DNA of 64,000 bases from positions 5,725,824-5,789,823 of the forward strand of contig MU054391.1 in assembly GCA_013239625.1 (NCBI GenBank). Direction: 5' to 3'. A program made the translations under genes and the position numbers. The notes beneath the pieces were generated by a model that saw only the letters and a program-made list of their open reading frames with translations, did no database searches and was not told where the DNA came from. This stretch comes from Lama guanicoe (Eukaryota). This document shows positions 10,544-23,649 of the stretch, piece by piece; the first letter of the stretch is position 1; each line of letters begins with the position of its first letter.

Positions 10544-10899
10544 AGCCTCTCACATATCCTTCTAACAAATTAACGTTTGCTTAAGTTAACCTAAGTTTCA
10601 TTTCTTGCAATCAAAAAACCCTGATACGACAGAATAAAAGAATCTTTCATTTTGGGTGAATTTTAAAATGCAGCTTAATAAAGTGCTCATCAGAAAGGCT
10701 AAGAACTTACTCAAGCATGGAAACCAAAGGAGAAACACAGGCCAAAGCTGGCAACATCCCTCCAAATACAGTCCAAGGAAACTCAAGACTGTCTGGTTGG
10801 CAAAGCCATGCCCATCAAAGAGATGACTGTGTCAGCTTAAACGGTCTGCTGCCACCAAATGTCTGAGCCGTCCGATTTCCACATTCTGATTCCATTTTC

Positions 10900-10975
10900 C
10901 CCTTAACAGAGGCACTGGGGACTTCATGCAAGCCAAGCACACGCTCTACCACTGAGCTATACCCCCACCCCCGAC
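10900..10975 (-). mobile_element. tRNA-derived SINE (vic-1-like) with internal deletion
   Basis: gctctaccactgagctatacccc head; TSD tccattttc at 10891-10899 and 10976-10984. Confidence 0.8.
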
Positions 10976-13900
10976 TCCATTTTCACCGAGCTAACTTCTG
11001 CTTCTAGAAAGAAAACTGCACTAACCATGCCTATGCAGAAAGTTGGCCTGTATGACATTCATTTCTTACTACACACACCGACAAATTGACATTTTACACG
11101 TCAGTCACGTGGGCTTGGTCCGTGTGAGCCCTTCCCCCAGAGAAGGATCCAACTTGGTGAGTTGATAAAGCCAGTGCTGAGCTTGAAAGGCTGACATCCA
11201 GACTCCTGGTAGGTAAACCCTTTAAGGTTCAGAGGGCTGGGCCCTGCAGCGACTTTCTGGAGGGGAGCGTGCCTGTCCGGTCCCAGCTGGGCACTGTCCC
11301 TCCCTGCCCCGCCTGCGCTGGCCGTTGGCCGAACGCCCCTTCACAGCACCGGCTGCCTCTCACTGCCGGGCGCACTCAGGGGTGGGGATGAACAGCGCTC
11401 TGAATACGTCGCTCTCCTCCAAGAGGCTCCCTCGAGGGCAGAACCCCTGGTCTCGGCTCCCCCAGGCACGTCAGTCATGCTTTTACCCACTTGCCACCAG
11501 GCAGCTTCCCCCAGAATGGCGCTCTCTCTAGCCTGTGGAGACTCTGTCTCGTTTTCTTCCTGTTCTGTGACTCTGGGACTACTGGCCTCTCTTCCCCAGC
11601 CGAGGGCCCTTGCCTGGCCTCCCCTTTAGGCCTTGGTGCTGTTGGTCTGCTTTAACTAGGAACCATCATGAGGGTTGTTGACAAACAGCTTCTGCTCCAA
11701 AGCAGGGCTCACCCACAGCCTGGACCACAGGAGACGCCACTGCCTGCCACACCCACTGCCCCCCGCACCTCCACCTCTCTCTGGTCTTCTCTGACCCCCC
11801 GCCTTCAGCTCCAGGGTGCTTGGAGCTCTGTGGCTTACCTTCTACCTCCAGCTTCCTCAGGGCCCACTCACCTAGGATGACCCCTGACCCTGCGGCCTGA
11901 GGACTTGCCTCTGAGGCCAGCCCTGCCCGATCATCGTGCCATTGTCAAAGCCCCGGCTTCCGTGTGCTCTGCCCTGGCCGGCCTGTGCACCACCTCTCAG
12001 CGGGCCTGGCAGTGACCTGGAGCCTCCGCCCTCCACCCTGACTTCTTACTCAAGCCCGGTCTCTGCTTGAGTCAGAACCTTGGCTCCAAACCCTCACGCC
12101 AGTCCTGCCTCTGCCCTGGCCGGGGCTGGCATTGGTCCCAGGGGTGCTGATGGGTGAACAGTTAAAGCCTGGCTCCCAGTGCCACAACAGGCTGGCCCGT
12201 GTGTTTATCACCTGTGGTTCCCCAGGCCCGGTAGAAAGACAGGGCTCAAACACAGAGGGCACAACAGCGGTGAGAGTTCGTGGGCCACCTGGAAGCACAT
12301 GGAGCCAAGGTGACCGATTTAGCAGCACTGAAGTGACACCTAAGTGTCTGCAGAGCAGGACAGCAGTGGTAAGAGGCCAGTTCGCCCCACAGAACTGCAG
12401 ACTCTTGAAGCACTTAAAGTCGACGCAATCACAGGGGGCCTGGAGTTGAAAAGGCGGGAGAGATAGGAAGTCTTTATTCAGAGAGCTGGACCCCCGGTGG
12501 GTACCCCCCTCCACCCACTCCTGTCCCCCGAGGGTGAGGGCCGCAGGTTGAGTCTCTGGAGAAACTGAGCCTGAGAGGCCCAGGATTGGAGACAGGCAGG
12601 GAGAGGAAGAGGATGAAGGAGAGTGGAAGCAGGTCAACGTCCACAGAGCAGCTGGGCGGCCCTGGGCCCCTCCCTCGACTTCCTTCCCTGAAGTGGACAC
12701 TGTCCTGCTCCGCTGGATGCCCGGGTCCCAGATGCACAGTCATCACCTTACCCAGATGCACGCCTCCCACCCCCAGCCTCCAGCCTGGAAGTCCACTGCC
12801 CGCACCCCCTCCTTGTCCCTCTGCCCCCGAGACTCCATCTGTTCCTCTCCCTCCTCCAAAATCCCTTCCTTCCTCCCCGTCTTATTCACGAGGGCTGGCT
12901 CAGCCTCCTTTGGTGTTTCAGGGTAAGGCCGGGCCTGCTGAGTGTCACGCCTGAGGAAGAGGTAGGAGCACCGTGTCAAGAGGCAGGAGGCCCCACCTCC
13001 GTGCTGCTCCCTGCACCACCGCACGCTCACCTGGTGTGGACCAAAGCGCTTCCCTCGGCTCAGCCTAGCGTCTGGCACACTAATAATCAGGTTTTCAAAG
13101 AACGCTTCTACTCATGTCTGACTACTAGAAAGTCAGTGGGTGCAACTGAAGAGCTTTGGAGTCAGGACCAGATCCTCCCCACTGCTGGGTGGTCTCGGGC
13201 AGATCAATAACTTCTCTGCCTCCATTACACCCTCAACGGGGAAATGAGAATGCCTGCCTGCAGGGCTGTTCTGAAGATCAAAGGTAATTTACATATGCTC
13301 AGTGCTTGTGTCACCACAGAGAGGGCCCCTGAAAGTGGCAGTGATTGTTATTACTGTCCTATTTCTCTTGCCATAAAGAGTGGCTACCATCCTAGAGCTG
13401 GCCTCTTGCTAGAATTTGCCCCCAGAAAAACCAGCCTCGGGGCTGGTGCACCAGGGGCAGCTCAACTTCAGACACAAGTGTCCCTATCATTGTCCCACGT
13501 TAAAGAGTTAAACGTCAGCTCTTTGTTGGTGGGGTGACCTCAGGCAACTCTAGGAGCCCCTCTGGGCCTCAGTTTCCTCCCCAGGAACAATGGAGTCACA
13601 CTAGTGATGAAGACTCAAGGGAGATCCTGGCCCAGGAATGCTGTCTCCACACCAGACCAGCTTGACATCTATGCCAGGTTTTGTCCGCAGCAGTGCTGGC
13701 GGCGTGGTGGGCTGGCCCTCCAAGGATGCTGGCGTGGTAACTCCACACAGAGGAAAGACACTCAACTGGGGAGGTTTCAAGCACCCGGACAAGGCGGCTG
13801 GGAGGCGTTGTGGGCACTGTAGCCCCTCCAGTTTCTCTGCTGACACACAGCACTGGTTCCACAAGGACCCTCTGCTCTGCATCCCAAGATCCTCCCCAAG

Positions 13901-14621
13901 GCCAGGACCAAGGGGCCGAAATCGCCAAGAGGCCACAGGGTATAGCAGGCTATCCTGCTCCACCACCTCCTGGCTGGCAGACATTGGGCAAGTCACTTAA
14001 CCTCTCTGGGGAATGAAACAAGCGATTCCTGCCTGGCAATCCCGTAGAGAGGATTTCAAGAGCGTCTTGCACTAAGATACTCAGAAGTAGTAGTCGGTAC
14101 TCCCTCACCCGACGGGGTCCCAGGGCTGGCTCGGGTAGGTGAGGGGCCCCAGGCAGGTGCTCACGTTGGCAACAGGCGTCCTGGCTTCACCACCTCGAGA
14201 GGCAAGGGGGCGGATTGCAGTGCGGGGCCGCGGATGCCAGGTGATACTGGGCAGTGCTGGGGCTCACTCCCAAGTGCACACACACACACACACTGAGCCC
14301 ACCCAGCACGTGGACTGGGCAGGTCTCCTAGCCGCCGAGGTTCTCCCCTCTGCCCTGTGCTCTCTCCAACCCCCCATGGACTTAGAAGGCTCTCTGTAGA
14401 AAGACGAAGTAGGGAGTGGAGCCATTTTTCTCCTGGACAGTTCAGGAAACAATCCCAGCTCACTGGTTCCTCTCCTGTAGAGCCCACGCAGACCCTCAGG
14501 GTGTCAGGACAGGTAGGCTAGGAGAGTGGGGTCTTCCCAATCCAAGGTCCTGGGCCCTCAAGCTCGGGATGGGCAGTGGTTTGCGTGTCAAGGGTCAGCA
14601 TATGATGCAGTAAAAGCATGG

Positions 14622-14638
14622 GGCCACGAGGTGGCGCC
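14622..14638 (+). promoter_or_regulatory. Candidate CTCF site
   Basis: GGCCACGAGGTGGCGCC, close match to the CTCF core with CpGs retained. Confidence 0.5.
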
Positions 14639-16069
14639 ATACCCCTTCCTTGGGGCCAAGCGCTCAGACCACTTGAATTCAGCAAGGCAACTGGGGCTCC
14701 TGCTACCAGCTGGGGCCAGGGGACCACAGATGGCTTCTGCCAGAGGGGAATCCTGGGGTCTTTTCAGAATGCAGGGGCTCAGTGAGTCCAGGGATGGGGG
14801 AAGGCCCTCAAAGCAGAGGGAGAACCTAGAGGTTTGAAAGTGTGTTTGAAGACAGTTCCCAATTTGGCTGCAGCAGAACCCAGATTGGTGAGAAAATTTC
14901 TAGTTTTATATCACAGTTCCCCAGTTGTCATGAATACCCTGTCCTTGTCACTTTGCACATCCCAATATTTTTTTTAGAGAATATTTGTAGGGTCTGTGTG
15001 CAAAGTTGGAGGGACAGGACCCTGGAGAAATGGGCCTTGAATACCAGGGTAAGTGGTTTAGGATTCAGAAGACTCCAGATCACTGGCTGCACGTGAGCGG
15101 AGGACAGAGGAGGCAGGAGGTGGGGTGACTAGTGAAGAATTCATGTCCTGAACTAGGGCACTGGGACAGGAAGTGGGGCAGAGAGGGCAGAGAGGGACAG
15201 TTCCCAGGGATAGTGCCCGCTGCCCTGACACTTCTGCCCCACGATTTCACTCTCTGGCTCCACATCCTTCTCTAGATGGTCACCCGAGGACACATCCTCC
15301 CAAATCAACGCCCTCCAACACATGTGGTCCCAGACTCTGTCTTCCTATCAGAGCGTGGCCTCCCTACACCCCCTGCTTTCCAAGCTCTGACGAGCTCACG
15401 ACCAGCCTGTGCCACTGGACTAGTAGGTGTGTGTATGTGCGCAACCCTTCCGTTTCAATGTCTTAGTCCAAAGCAGGGACCAGGAGTGAAATTCCAGGCA
15501 GACAGCAGGCCTGTATTTGGAGATGACCAAGTGTGGAAGGTAGAAACCTTCTGAAGTGCCCTAAATCATATCAGAGAAATGGGGCCCCTGGCATAACCAG
15601 TCAAACCAGCTCCCTTTAACCGTAGGACTCTTCTCTGGTTCCCAAGACCATCTCCTGCTTAATTCACAGTGACAGTACATTGACCAGATGGCCCAGCATT
15701 AGTGTCCAGCTCTGCCTTGAGCCCCTTCCTGTAGCTGGAAGGTGGTTACAGTTTGAACCCACAGCAAGGGGCAATTCGTGGCCCAGCAAGATGGAATCAC
15801 TTGACAAGTCTGCATCAGAGCCAGCCCAGCTCTAAGCCTGATGAGATAAATATATATATCATATATATGTATATATATTTTTGCCTTTATGAGAGGAATT
15901 CTTATTGTTAATTATTTGCATAATAGTTTCAGAAAGAGGAGCAGATCAGCTCAGCCCAGGATGACTGGCATTTGGCAGAATCTAGTGAGACAAGTGTCCT
16001 GATTGTTAAGGATTTAACAGGGAGGCTATTAATGCTTTGCCATTAACAATTCAAATATAATCGTGGTGC

Positions 16070-17730
16070 CATTTCAAAAATGGATAAATTCAGCTACATA
16101 AAACCTTTTTTTAAAAAAAAGAGAAGAAACGTTTACATGACAAAAAAACATGATAGTATAAGCAAAATCAAAATGACATACTGAAGGAAAGTATTTGTCA
16201 CTTATATATCAAAGATGAAAGACTAATAGGATTAATATTTAAAGACCTCTTTAAAACTTGAGCGGAAAAGACCAAAATTCCAATAGAAAAGTGGGCAAAA
16301 ACCATGAATATACAATTCACACAAAAAGTGAAATAAATATGAGAATTCTGGGAACTGTCTTCAGTCATACTTTCAAACCTCCAGGTTCTCCCTCTGCTTT
16401 GAGGATGCCCTTAGACATATGAAAAAATGTTTAACTTCACTCATAACAAGAAAAATACTAACTGTAGCTACACTGAAATACCGCTTTCATTCATCAGATT
16501 GGCAAAAATTCAAAAGCTTGACAACACACCATATGGAGAGTCTGTGGAGAAATTGGTGTTCTCAGATGCTGCTGGTGGAAATCAGAATGGTAAAGTCCCA
16601 TGGGGGTGATTTGACAATACCGAACAAAACTAGGCATGTATTTAACCCTTGCCCCAGAAATCCCATTTCTGGGAATTTATCCTGGAAATATAGTTGCAAC
16701 ATTATGAAAATACATATGCACATGGCCAATCATTGCAAATGATGTTTGCAATGTTATTCTATGTAACAGAGTATGTTACATGTTACTCTATGTAACAGCA
16801 AAATAGAAGAAACTGCCTCAATGCCCAGAATCAGAGATTGCATGAATTAAATGATGTACATCCACAAAATGGAGTATTAGGCAGCTGTAAAAAAAAGAAT
16901 GAGAAAGAACTCTAAAAGTTGTTATGGAATGAGCTCCAGAATCTACTGTTAAGCTGGAAAAAATAGGCTGTATACGTGGTATGTTATCTTTTGTGTAAAA
17001 AGAGAAATAAGAAAATACACACAAATCTGTGTACTTCTACAAAAAAAGATACACAAGAAGGGTACACTGGAAACTAACGAAACTGATTACCCACAGGGGT
17101 GGGTAGGACTGGAGTGAAAGGGAAAGGAAAGAGAATGATATTTCTCTCAATATACCTTTTTGCAGTTTTGACAAACTGTTGGAACTTTGTTAATGTGTTG
17201 CATATCCAGAAGATAAAATTCAATCAGTATGAATGGGGAGGTCACCACTCCTAAAACTGAATAAAGCCAAAACAAATGAACTGAACTATATATCAGATGG
17301 ATAACATAATCACACAAGAAAAAAAGGGGGGGGAATAATCAAGATAATTTTTAATGCAGTTCTTTGACTTTATACTGTTCAAAGAAACACAGAAAGAATT
17401 TCAAAAAATCCTTAACCTTACTTAATAATTTTGTGGTCGGTAGAGATATGAATGTAACAATTCTGTTTAGTTTTGGGGGGGGAGGGGGAGGTAATTAGAT
17501 TTATTTATTTCTTTATTTTTAGAGAGGGTACTGGGGCTTGAACCCAGGACCTTGTGCATGCTAAGCATGCGCTCTACCACTTGAGCTACACCCTCCCGCC
17601 CTGAATGTAACAATTCTGCAACAATTTTTGTGCATCATAAGACTGAGAAATGAGTAAATACACTGATATTATTAGGAGACAGAGTTTTCACATGGGAGAA
17701 AGGAGACCTAAATAAGGAAGGGAGAAAGGG
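16070..17730 (+). mobile_element. Old L1M (ORF2 end and 3' UTR) fragments
   Basis: caatagaaaagtgggcaaaa..atatgaaaaaatgtttaacttcactcat..catccacaaaatggagtattaggcagctgtaaaaaaaagaatgag. Confidence 0.8.
17466..17601 (-). mobile_element. tRNA-derived SINE (camelid vic-1-like) with 17-bp TSD
   Basis: gtactggggcttgaacccaggaccttgtgcatgctaagcatgcgctctaccacttgagcta (Pol III A and B boxes on minus). TSD tgaatgtaacaattctg at 17449-17465 and 17602-17618. Confidence 0.92.
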
Positions 17731-17735
17731 GAGTG

Positions 17736-18165
17736 TGTCTGTTTCCCGAGGCTACTGTAACAAAACACCACAAGCCGGTGACTTGGACAACAGAAACGTA
17801 CTGTCTCACAGTTGTGGAGGCTGGGATTCCAAGACCGAGGAGTCGGCAGGGTTGGTGGCCTCTGAGGCTGTGAGGGAGGCGGCTTCTCCCCTAGCTTCTG
17901 GTGGTTTGCTAGCAATTTTGGCATCTCCTGGCTTGTAGAAGCATTACCCTCACTTCTGTCTTCATCTTCACATCCTCCCTGTGTGTGCCTGTGTCTAAAT
18001 TTCCCCCTTTTACAAGCGTGCCAGCCATACTGGATTAGCGCCCACCTTAATGACTTCATAATTTGATCATCTGCGAAGACCCTCTTTCCAAATAATGTCA
18101 CATTCACAGGCACTGAGGGGTTAGGACTTCCACATCTTTGGGGGGCACACAGTTCAACCCATGAC
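17736..18165 (-). mobile_element. MaLR solo LTR (MLT1C-like)
   Basis: gctactgtaacaaaacaccacaa..tctcacagttgtggaggctgg..ctagcttctggtggtttgct..ttcaacccatgaca. Confidence 0.85.
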
Positions 18166-20258
18166 AGGAATGAAAACCCTTGTAGTGCTGAATTGGGATG
18201 AGGGGTATCAGCATGAACTCATGCTTTAAAAAAATCAATTTCCAAACTCAGCCTCTAAGTCACCTCAGCAGCAATGAGCACAATCAATGCCCAGGTCTTG
18301 GTTTCTAAACGCTGTTCTCCACTAAAAGGGACAGGACTCCTTGGGTAAATGGGTGATTCTAGGGTGGGGACGGGAAAAGCACAAGATGAGCCTGGATCTT
18401 TTTGCTATGGCTGGAAGTAAGGAAGGACATGCTACAGGAACGGTGGGGACATAGCAAAAGGACGTTGAGCAAGTCCACTGGAAGAGGGTGTCCCTGGCCA
18501 AATCTAGGACAATTTGAGCACCAAAAAAAATGATGACGGTAATGGATTATAACATATTGAATCAGAAGGAACGCAGTTTACACTGATTCTAAAAATGAAA
18601 CAAATATACAAATAAATTGAGGGAGATGGGAAAGCTCTTCTTTTTAAAAATCTTTTTTAATTGAAAAAGCTTTTCTTTAGAAAACAAGCATTTGTTAGAA
18701 AACAAACCTTTTGCAACCATCACTGAATAGCTGATTCAAACAAGAACGCTCAGACCACAGAGTGAAACACTGTTGGGCAACCAGATACTGACAGTCTCAA
18801 AATACCTCCCCAGAGATTATTTAGTAATCTTTTCGTAAATTTAATAATCTTTGTAAAAAGAGAAAAGAAAGATCTCTTGACAGGGGAGAAGTACAGTGGA
18901 GAAATCCGGAGGGCACCGCCTTCACCAAGCGATCAAGGTAAACACCAACAGTGATGAACACTGACATCAGGTGCCTCCTGGTGTAACGCGCTGAGAACAC
19001 CTGCCCCGTTCCTGCCAAAACTGCAACATCCAAATCAAATCTTGAGGAAACAATCCAACAGATGCAAACTGAAGGATGGTCTCAAAGCAATGGGTTTGTA
19101 TTCTTAAAATATGTCAGTGCCGTGAAAGACAAAGAAAGGCTGAGAAATTTTTCCAGGTTAAAAAGATGAGATTTTTTTTTTACAGGAGCTTATAAATGTA
19201 TCCTAAAATTTACAAAGAAGTAAAAAAGATCCTTGACTAGGTAAGTCAACTTTGAAAAAAGGAAAACAAAGAGGGAGGATTTACCCTACCAGAAGGTAAG
19301 ACTACAACAAAGCCATTTTAATAAAAATGACCCTAACACTGACCAGTGGACCAATACAATATAACAGACCACTCAGACAGATCCTGGTATATTTGGCAAC
19401 TTAATATTAGATAATTTGGCATCACTAATCGGTAGGGAAAAGATAGATTTTTTTTAAGGTAAATAGTATTGGGAAATTTGACCCACTGTAAGGAAAAAAA
19501 TAAAACAGTTCTTTAAGTAATATCACATAATCTATTTCAAAGATACACTGATATTTTTACAAAAGAGACATTCCAAAGGCAAGCAAACATATTTGGTTAA
19601 ACTTATCAGTAATCAGAGAACAGGAAACCAGAACAACAGAAGGTTGGTTTCCCGCAGCAAAGGGCTAAATGAACCCAGAGCCAGGGAGGGGCAGGAAGTG
19701 AGCAGAGGTGGCTCAAAGTGTGCAGTGGGCGTGTGAGCAGCCATCCTCTGGACTGAGTGGGAAATTCTTAATCTGGTACCTTAACCTGATTCTTAAATTA
19801 GGTTAATCCCCTACATGACCCAGTAATTCCACCCTGGACACACACAGGGGTGCTCTTTGTGGCTTAGCTCATCGCAGAGTCCCCTGGAAACGTCATGATT
19901 GATTCCAGGTCTAACTAGGTCAGATCAGATTCTCAAGGAACCAATCGAAGACACCAGATTCATGTTAAAGGAACTCAGCATCCAACGTGAAGATGATCCC
20001 ACCGGCCAAAGATGGGACATTTGGTGCACTGACATGATAACCACAAATGAAGACAATCGACCATGTTTATATTCAAGAGTTTCTAATGATACCAAAAAAC
20101 AAGCAAACAGACAACAAGTATTGATTACTTTGAGAGAATACTAGGAAACTGCTTCATTATTTTGAAAGCAGATAAATACAGGGAAAGAATCAAGTAATTA
20201 TCATGCCTTTCTGAAATGAATTGTACCTCAGAGTTAAACCAAACAGGTGATGAACGGA

Positions 20259-20260
<2 letters not shown>

Positions 20261-20294
<34 letters not shown>
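20261..20294 (+). repeat. (GT)17 microsatellite
   Basis: Uninterrupted gt run. Confidence 0.97.
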
Positions 20295-20296
<2 letters not shown>

Positions 20297-20349
20297 TCCA
20301 ACTAATACACTAATACACAAAGAAAGAATGATGAAAATTAAAATATCAC

Positions 20350-20737
20350 TAGTATGGACTGAATTTTGCCCTCCTGAAATTCACATGTTGAAGCCCTAAC
20401 TTCCAGCGTGACAGCATTTGGAGACAGCCTTTAAGGAGGTAATTAAGATTAAATGAAGTCATAAGGGTGGGGCCCTAATCCAATGGACTGACGTCTTTAT
20501 AAGAAGAGGAAGGGACACCAGGGATCTCTCCTCATCATGCTCACAGAGGAAAGGCCACATGAGGGCACAGCAAGAAGGTGGCCAGGTGAGAACCAGAGAG
20601 AGGTTTCACCAGGAACCAACCCTGCGGGCACCCTGATCTTGGACTTCCAGACTCCAGAACTGTGAGAAAATAAATTTCTGTTGTTTAATGCCCCGAGTCT
20701 GTGTCAATCTTTTATGGCAGCCCAGGAGACTAATACA
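20350..20737 (+). mobile_element. MaLR solo LTR (MLT1A-like)
   Basis: tatggactgaatt..aaattcacatgttgaagccctaac..ccagaactgtgagaaaataaatttctgttgttta..gactaataca. Confidence 0.9.
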
Positions 20738-23174
20738 AGTACCATTTTGCAACCCTTCATGAATTACAGATCTGGGCAATGATCACCAACGGCTGACATC
20801 ACAAAAGAGAGAGGACCAGACCAATGCACCTCCTGATGGCACCACCTCCAAAGTTGTCCTGCCAAAACAAACAACAAAACACAGCAAAACTATCCAAGTC
20901 TGTCAGATCTAACTAGTGAATTACAGGAAATGCCAGGGACAGAAGAACAGGTTAACCAACACCAGAAGGGTGTAATCAGCAAAATCCAGAGTGGGAGATT
21001 TGACAAGATCGAGTTTCTTCAACAAAAAATTGCAAGGAAATTAAAACCAAGGAGACACTGACAGATTAGAAGAGGCTGAGGAAGCACAGTAAACACTTAG
21101 AGTGTGGCCCTCATTTGAATCTCATTTCAAACAAACACATTTTAACCAAAAAAATTTTAAGACAATCAAAGAACTATGAACACCGACTAGGTTTCTTTTA
21201 ATAATGTTAGGGGATTATTTTTAAGTTTGTTTATGTGTGATAGCAGCATTAGGTTTGTTTTTTCTAAAGAGCCTTTATCTTTGAAGTATATAGACTGAAA
21301 TGTTTGCAGATGAAATAATACATCTGAGACTTGGTTCAAAATAATCCAGAGAGTTAAGAAGTGGGAGGAGGTACAGATAAACAAGACTGGTCACGAACTG
21401 GCACCACTGCAGCTGGGTGATGAATGTATCAGTTGCTACATCATTCTGCCGACTTTTAAAAGCATGAACATTTTTATCATAAACATTTTCTCTTTAGTAC
21501 TGAGTACTTTTAAAAGTGATAAACAAAGTAAGATTTTTTTCTCTTAGATGAATTAAATGCATCATACACAAAACCACATCTTTTACAGGAGTATAAACAA
21601 AGCAATACGCGCCTAACATGTTAGAGGAGTCGTCATCGGCAGGGGAGGGAGGAGTGGGAGTAGGGAACGGGGACAAAGGGAATTAACTCGTTATTTAAAT
21701 AAAGCCAGAGAGGGGCTGCGGAGGACATCTGGTGCCGTCCCCTGCATCTGAGGTCCAAGGAAAGAGGAAAATTGGAAGATGGAGAAGCACAAGGATACAC
21801 ACAAAAACTACTGTGATTCCACTGCCCAGGAAGAAGCACCGCGAACATCCCAGCGTTTCCTTCAAGTATTTTTTCCCTATACCTATAGAAAATTATCCTC
21901 TCCTTTTCACTCATTCTCAGGCTTCAGAGACACATAGAAATGGGTTTAAATTCTGGATTAAGCATTTTATGAATGGTATTATTTGGGGCAAGTCGTTTTC
22001 TCTTGTCCGACTTTTAGTTTTCTCATTCTGAAAAGATCACAACCAGCCTCTGAAGGTTGTGTGGTGATGGAATGAAACAATCAACGTGAAAAAGCATCTA
22101 ACACGCCAGTCCTAGCTGCCTCTCCACTTTGAGGTTCCCTGGTGTGGTTCCCGCTGGTACTCTGCACAGCGCAGTGCAGAGGCAGCAATGAATATTCCTC
22201 AAACTAAACAGAATTAAACTGTGAGAGAGCCAGAGCGCACGTGTGGTTTTTCATCTCAAAGCATCTCCCTTCCATCTTCCCCGCAGGGAAAAGGAACTCA
22301 CTCTCTGGGGTCACCCGGTTCACATGGCAATGGTGAGAGACCCCACCAAACACTCTGATCATCTGCAGTGTTTTAGGGGAAACAGTTCAAAGATGCAGAA
22401 ATACTACAAGAAATATTGGAAAAGGCTTCCTGGCTGCAAGCAACCAGGATGTTCACTCTCGGGGGCCCAAAGTCTGCAGGGAGGCTTCCTGCTTTCAGAG
22501 TCCAGTGCACGTGAAACTCCTTGGAGCCACCACACATGGGGATGTGCTGTTTTCCCGGAGCACCAGCGGGTGGCTGGGGGTCTCCCAGGTGACTCCGGCG
22601 CAGCAGGGCCAAGGTGTCCTGGGAGCGCCTTCCATTCTCGTGTTTGGCATTTGTTGTTAGGAGAAATCATGTGCCCTGCTGGCATTTGTGAATCTGGCTC
22701 TTTTAGAAGTTTCTAGAATGCCGGCTTCATGGGTCTCAAGGGCCTGCTTGACCCCTGGTCACTCTGGACACTTGTTCTTCCTGACCATCAGGCCTCCAGT
22801 ACTACTTCAGAAACAGAGCAGGGAGTTTCAGTTTTGTTTTTCACATAGGTTTTGGTCTCAGGGGGACACACCAGCACAGAAGGAGCACAAGGTCTCAACA
22901 TGCGGGGCCCCCAGCAGGTATCCAGGGCGCTTCCTCTTCACAGACCAGGAAGCCGAGTCCGGAGGGGTCAAGGGACTTGTCCGAGATCATGCAGAGGACA
23001 GTCAGTTCATGCCACGTAGTTCTGGCTTTGGGTTAGGAGAGAAAAGGTGAGATCATGAGAGCAAACCTAAGCGGGCTCCTCTGGAACCCAGGCTAAAATC
23101 ACAGATGAAGTCACAGAATCTGAATGCTGGCTTCCGGAGAGAGCTGCCTGCTCCTGTGGGCACTGGGGGAGGTG

Positions 23175-23395
23175 GGGGTTAAGAGCTCAGACTCCACTTA
23201 GATGGCCCCAGGCTCCAGCCCCTACACGCACTTGCCCGCTGTGTGACTGCAGGGAAGTTACTCCACTTCCCTGTTTTGGTTTCCTCCTTAGTGAAACCTG
23301 TCCCTCTGTCGAGTTGTTGTAAAGACTGAACGACTCAAGCCAAAAGGGACTGCCCAACAGCAGGTGCAATGTGAGTGCACGGTAACTACGGTAAA
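23175..23395 (+). mobile_element. MIR SINE
   Basis: ggttaagagctcagactc..gctgtgtgact..ggaagttact..gtttcctc..gttgttgtaaagactgaa. Confidence 0.7.
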
Positions 23396-23649
23396 TGCGG
23401 CCCATGGCATTGAGGGCAGAGGCTGGGGTGCAGGCCCTGTCTCCCTATGGGTGACCCTGTCTTGGGGGAAATCTCATAGCCTCTCCGACCCCCTCCCCAC
23501 CCCCACCCCATCCTTTATAGCCTCAGGGTAAGGATGCTTGTTCCAGGACAAGGCAATGGGTGTGGAAGCACTTTGCGGGGTGCTAAGCCCAGGCCAGGGC
23601 CCAATACAATGGTCATTATTAGGAAAGATCTGGTCTAACTCCAACAAGT

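Larger units (their letters stand above)
18170..21500 (+). mobile_element. Mosaic of old L1M (L1MC/MD-type 3' UTR and ORF2) fragments
   Basis: Characteristic segments such as aatgcccaggtcttggtttctaa, ccaagcgatcaaggtaaacaccaacagt, gtgaaagacaaagaaaggctgagaaa and gatgaaataatacatctgagacttggttcaaaataatcca. Confidence 0.7.

Noticed and set aside
2180..15554. Many 60-216 aa ORFs on both strands
   Set aside because: Expected in GC-rich DNA poor in stop codons; no recognisable domains, overlapping on both strands, no consistent exon structure.
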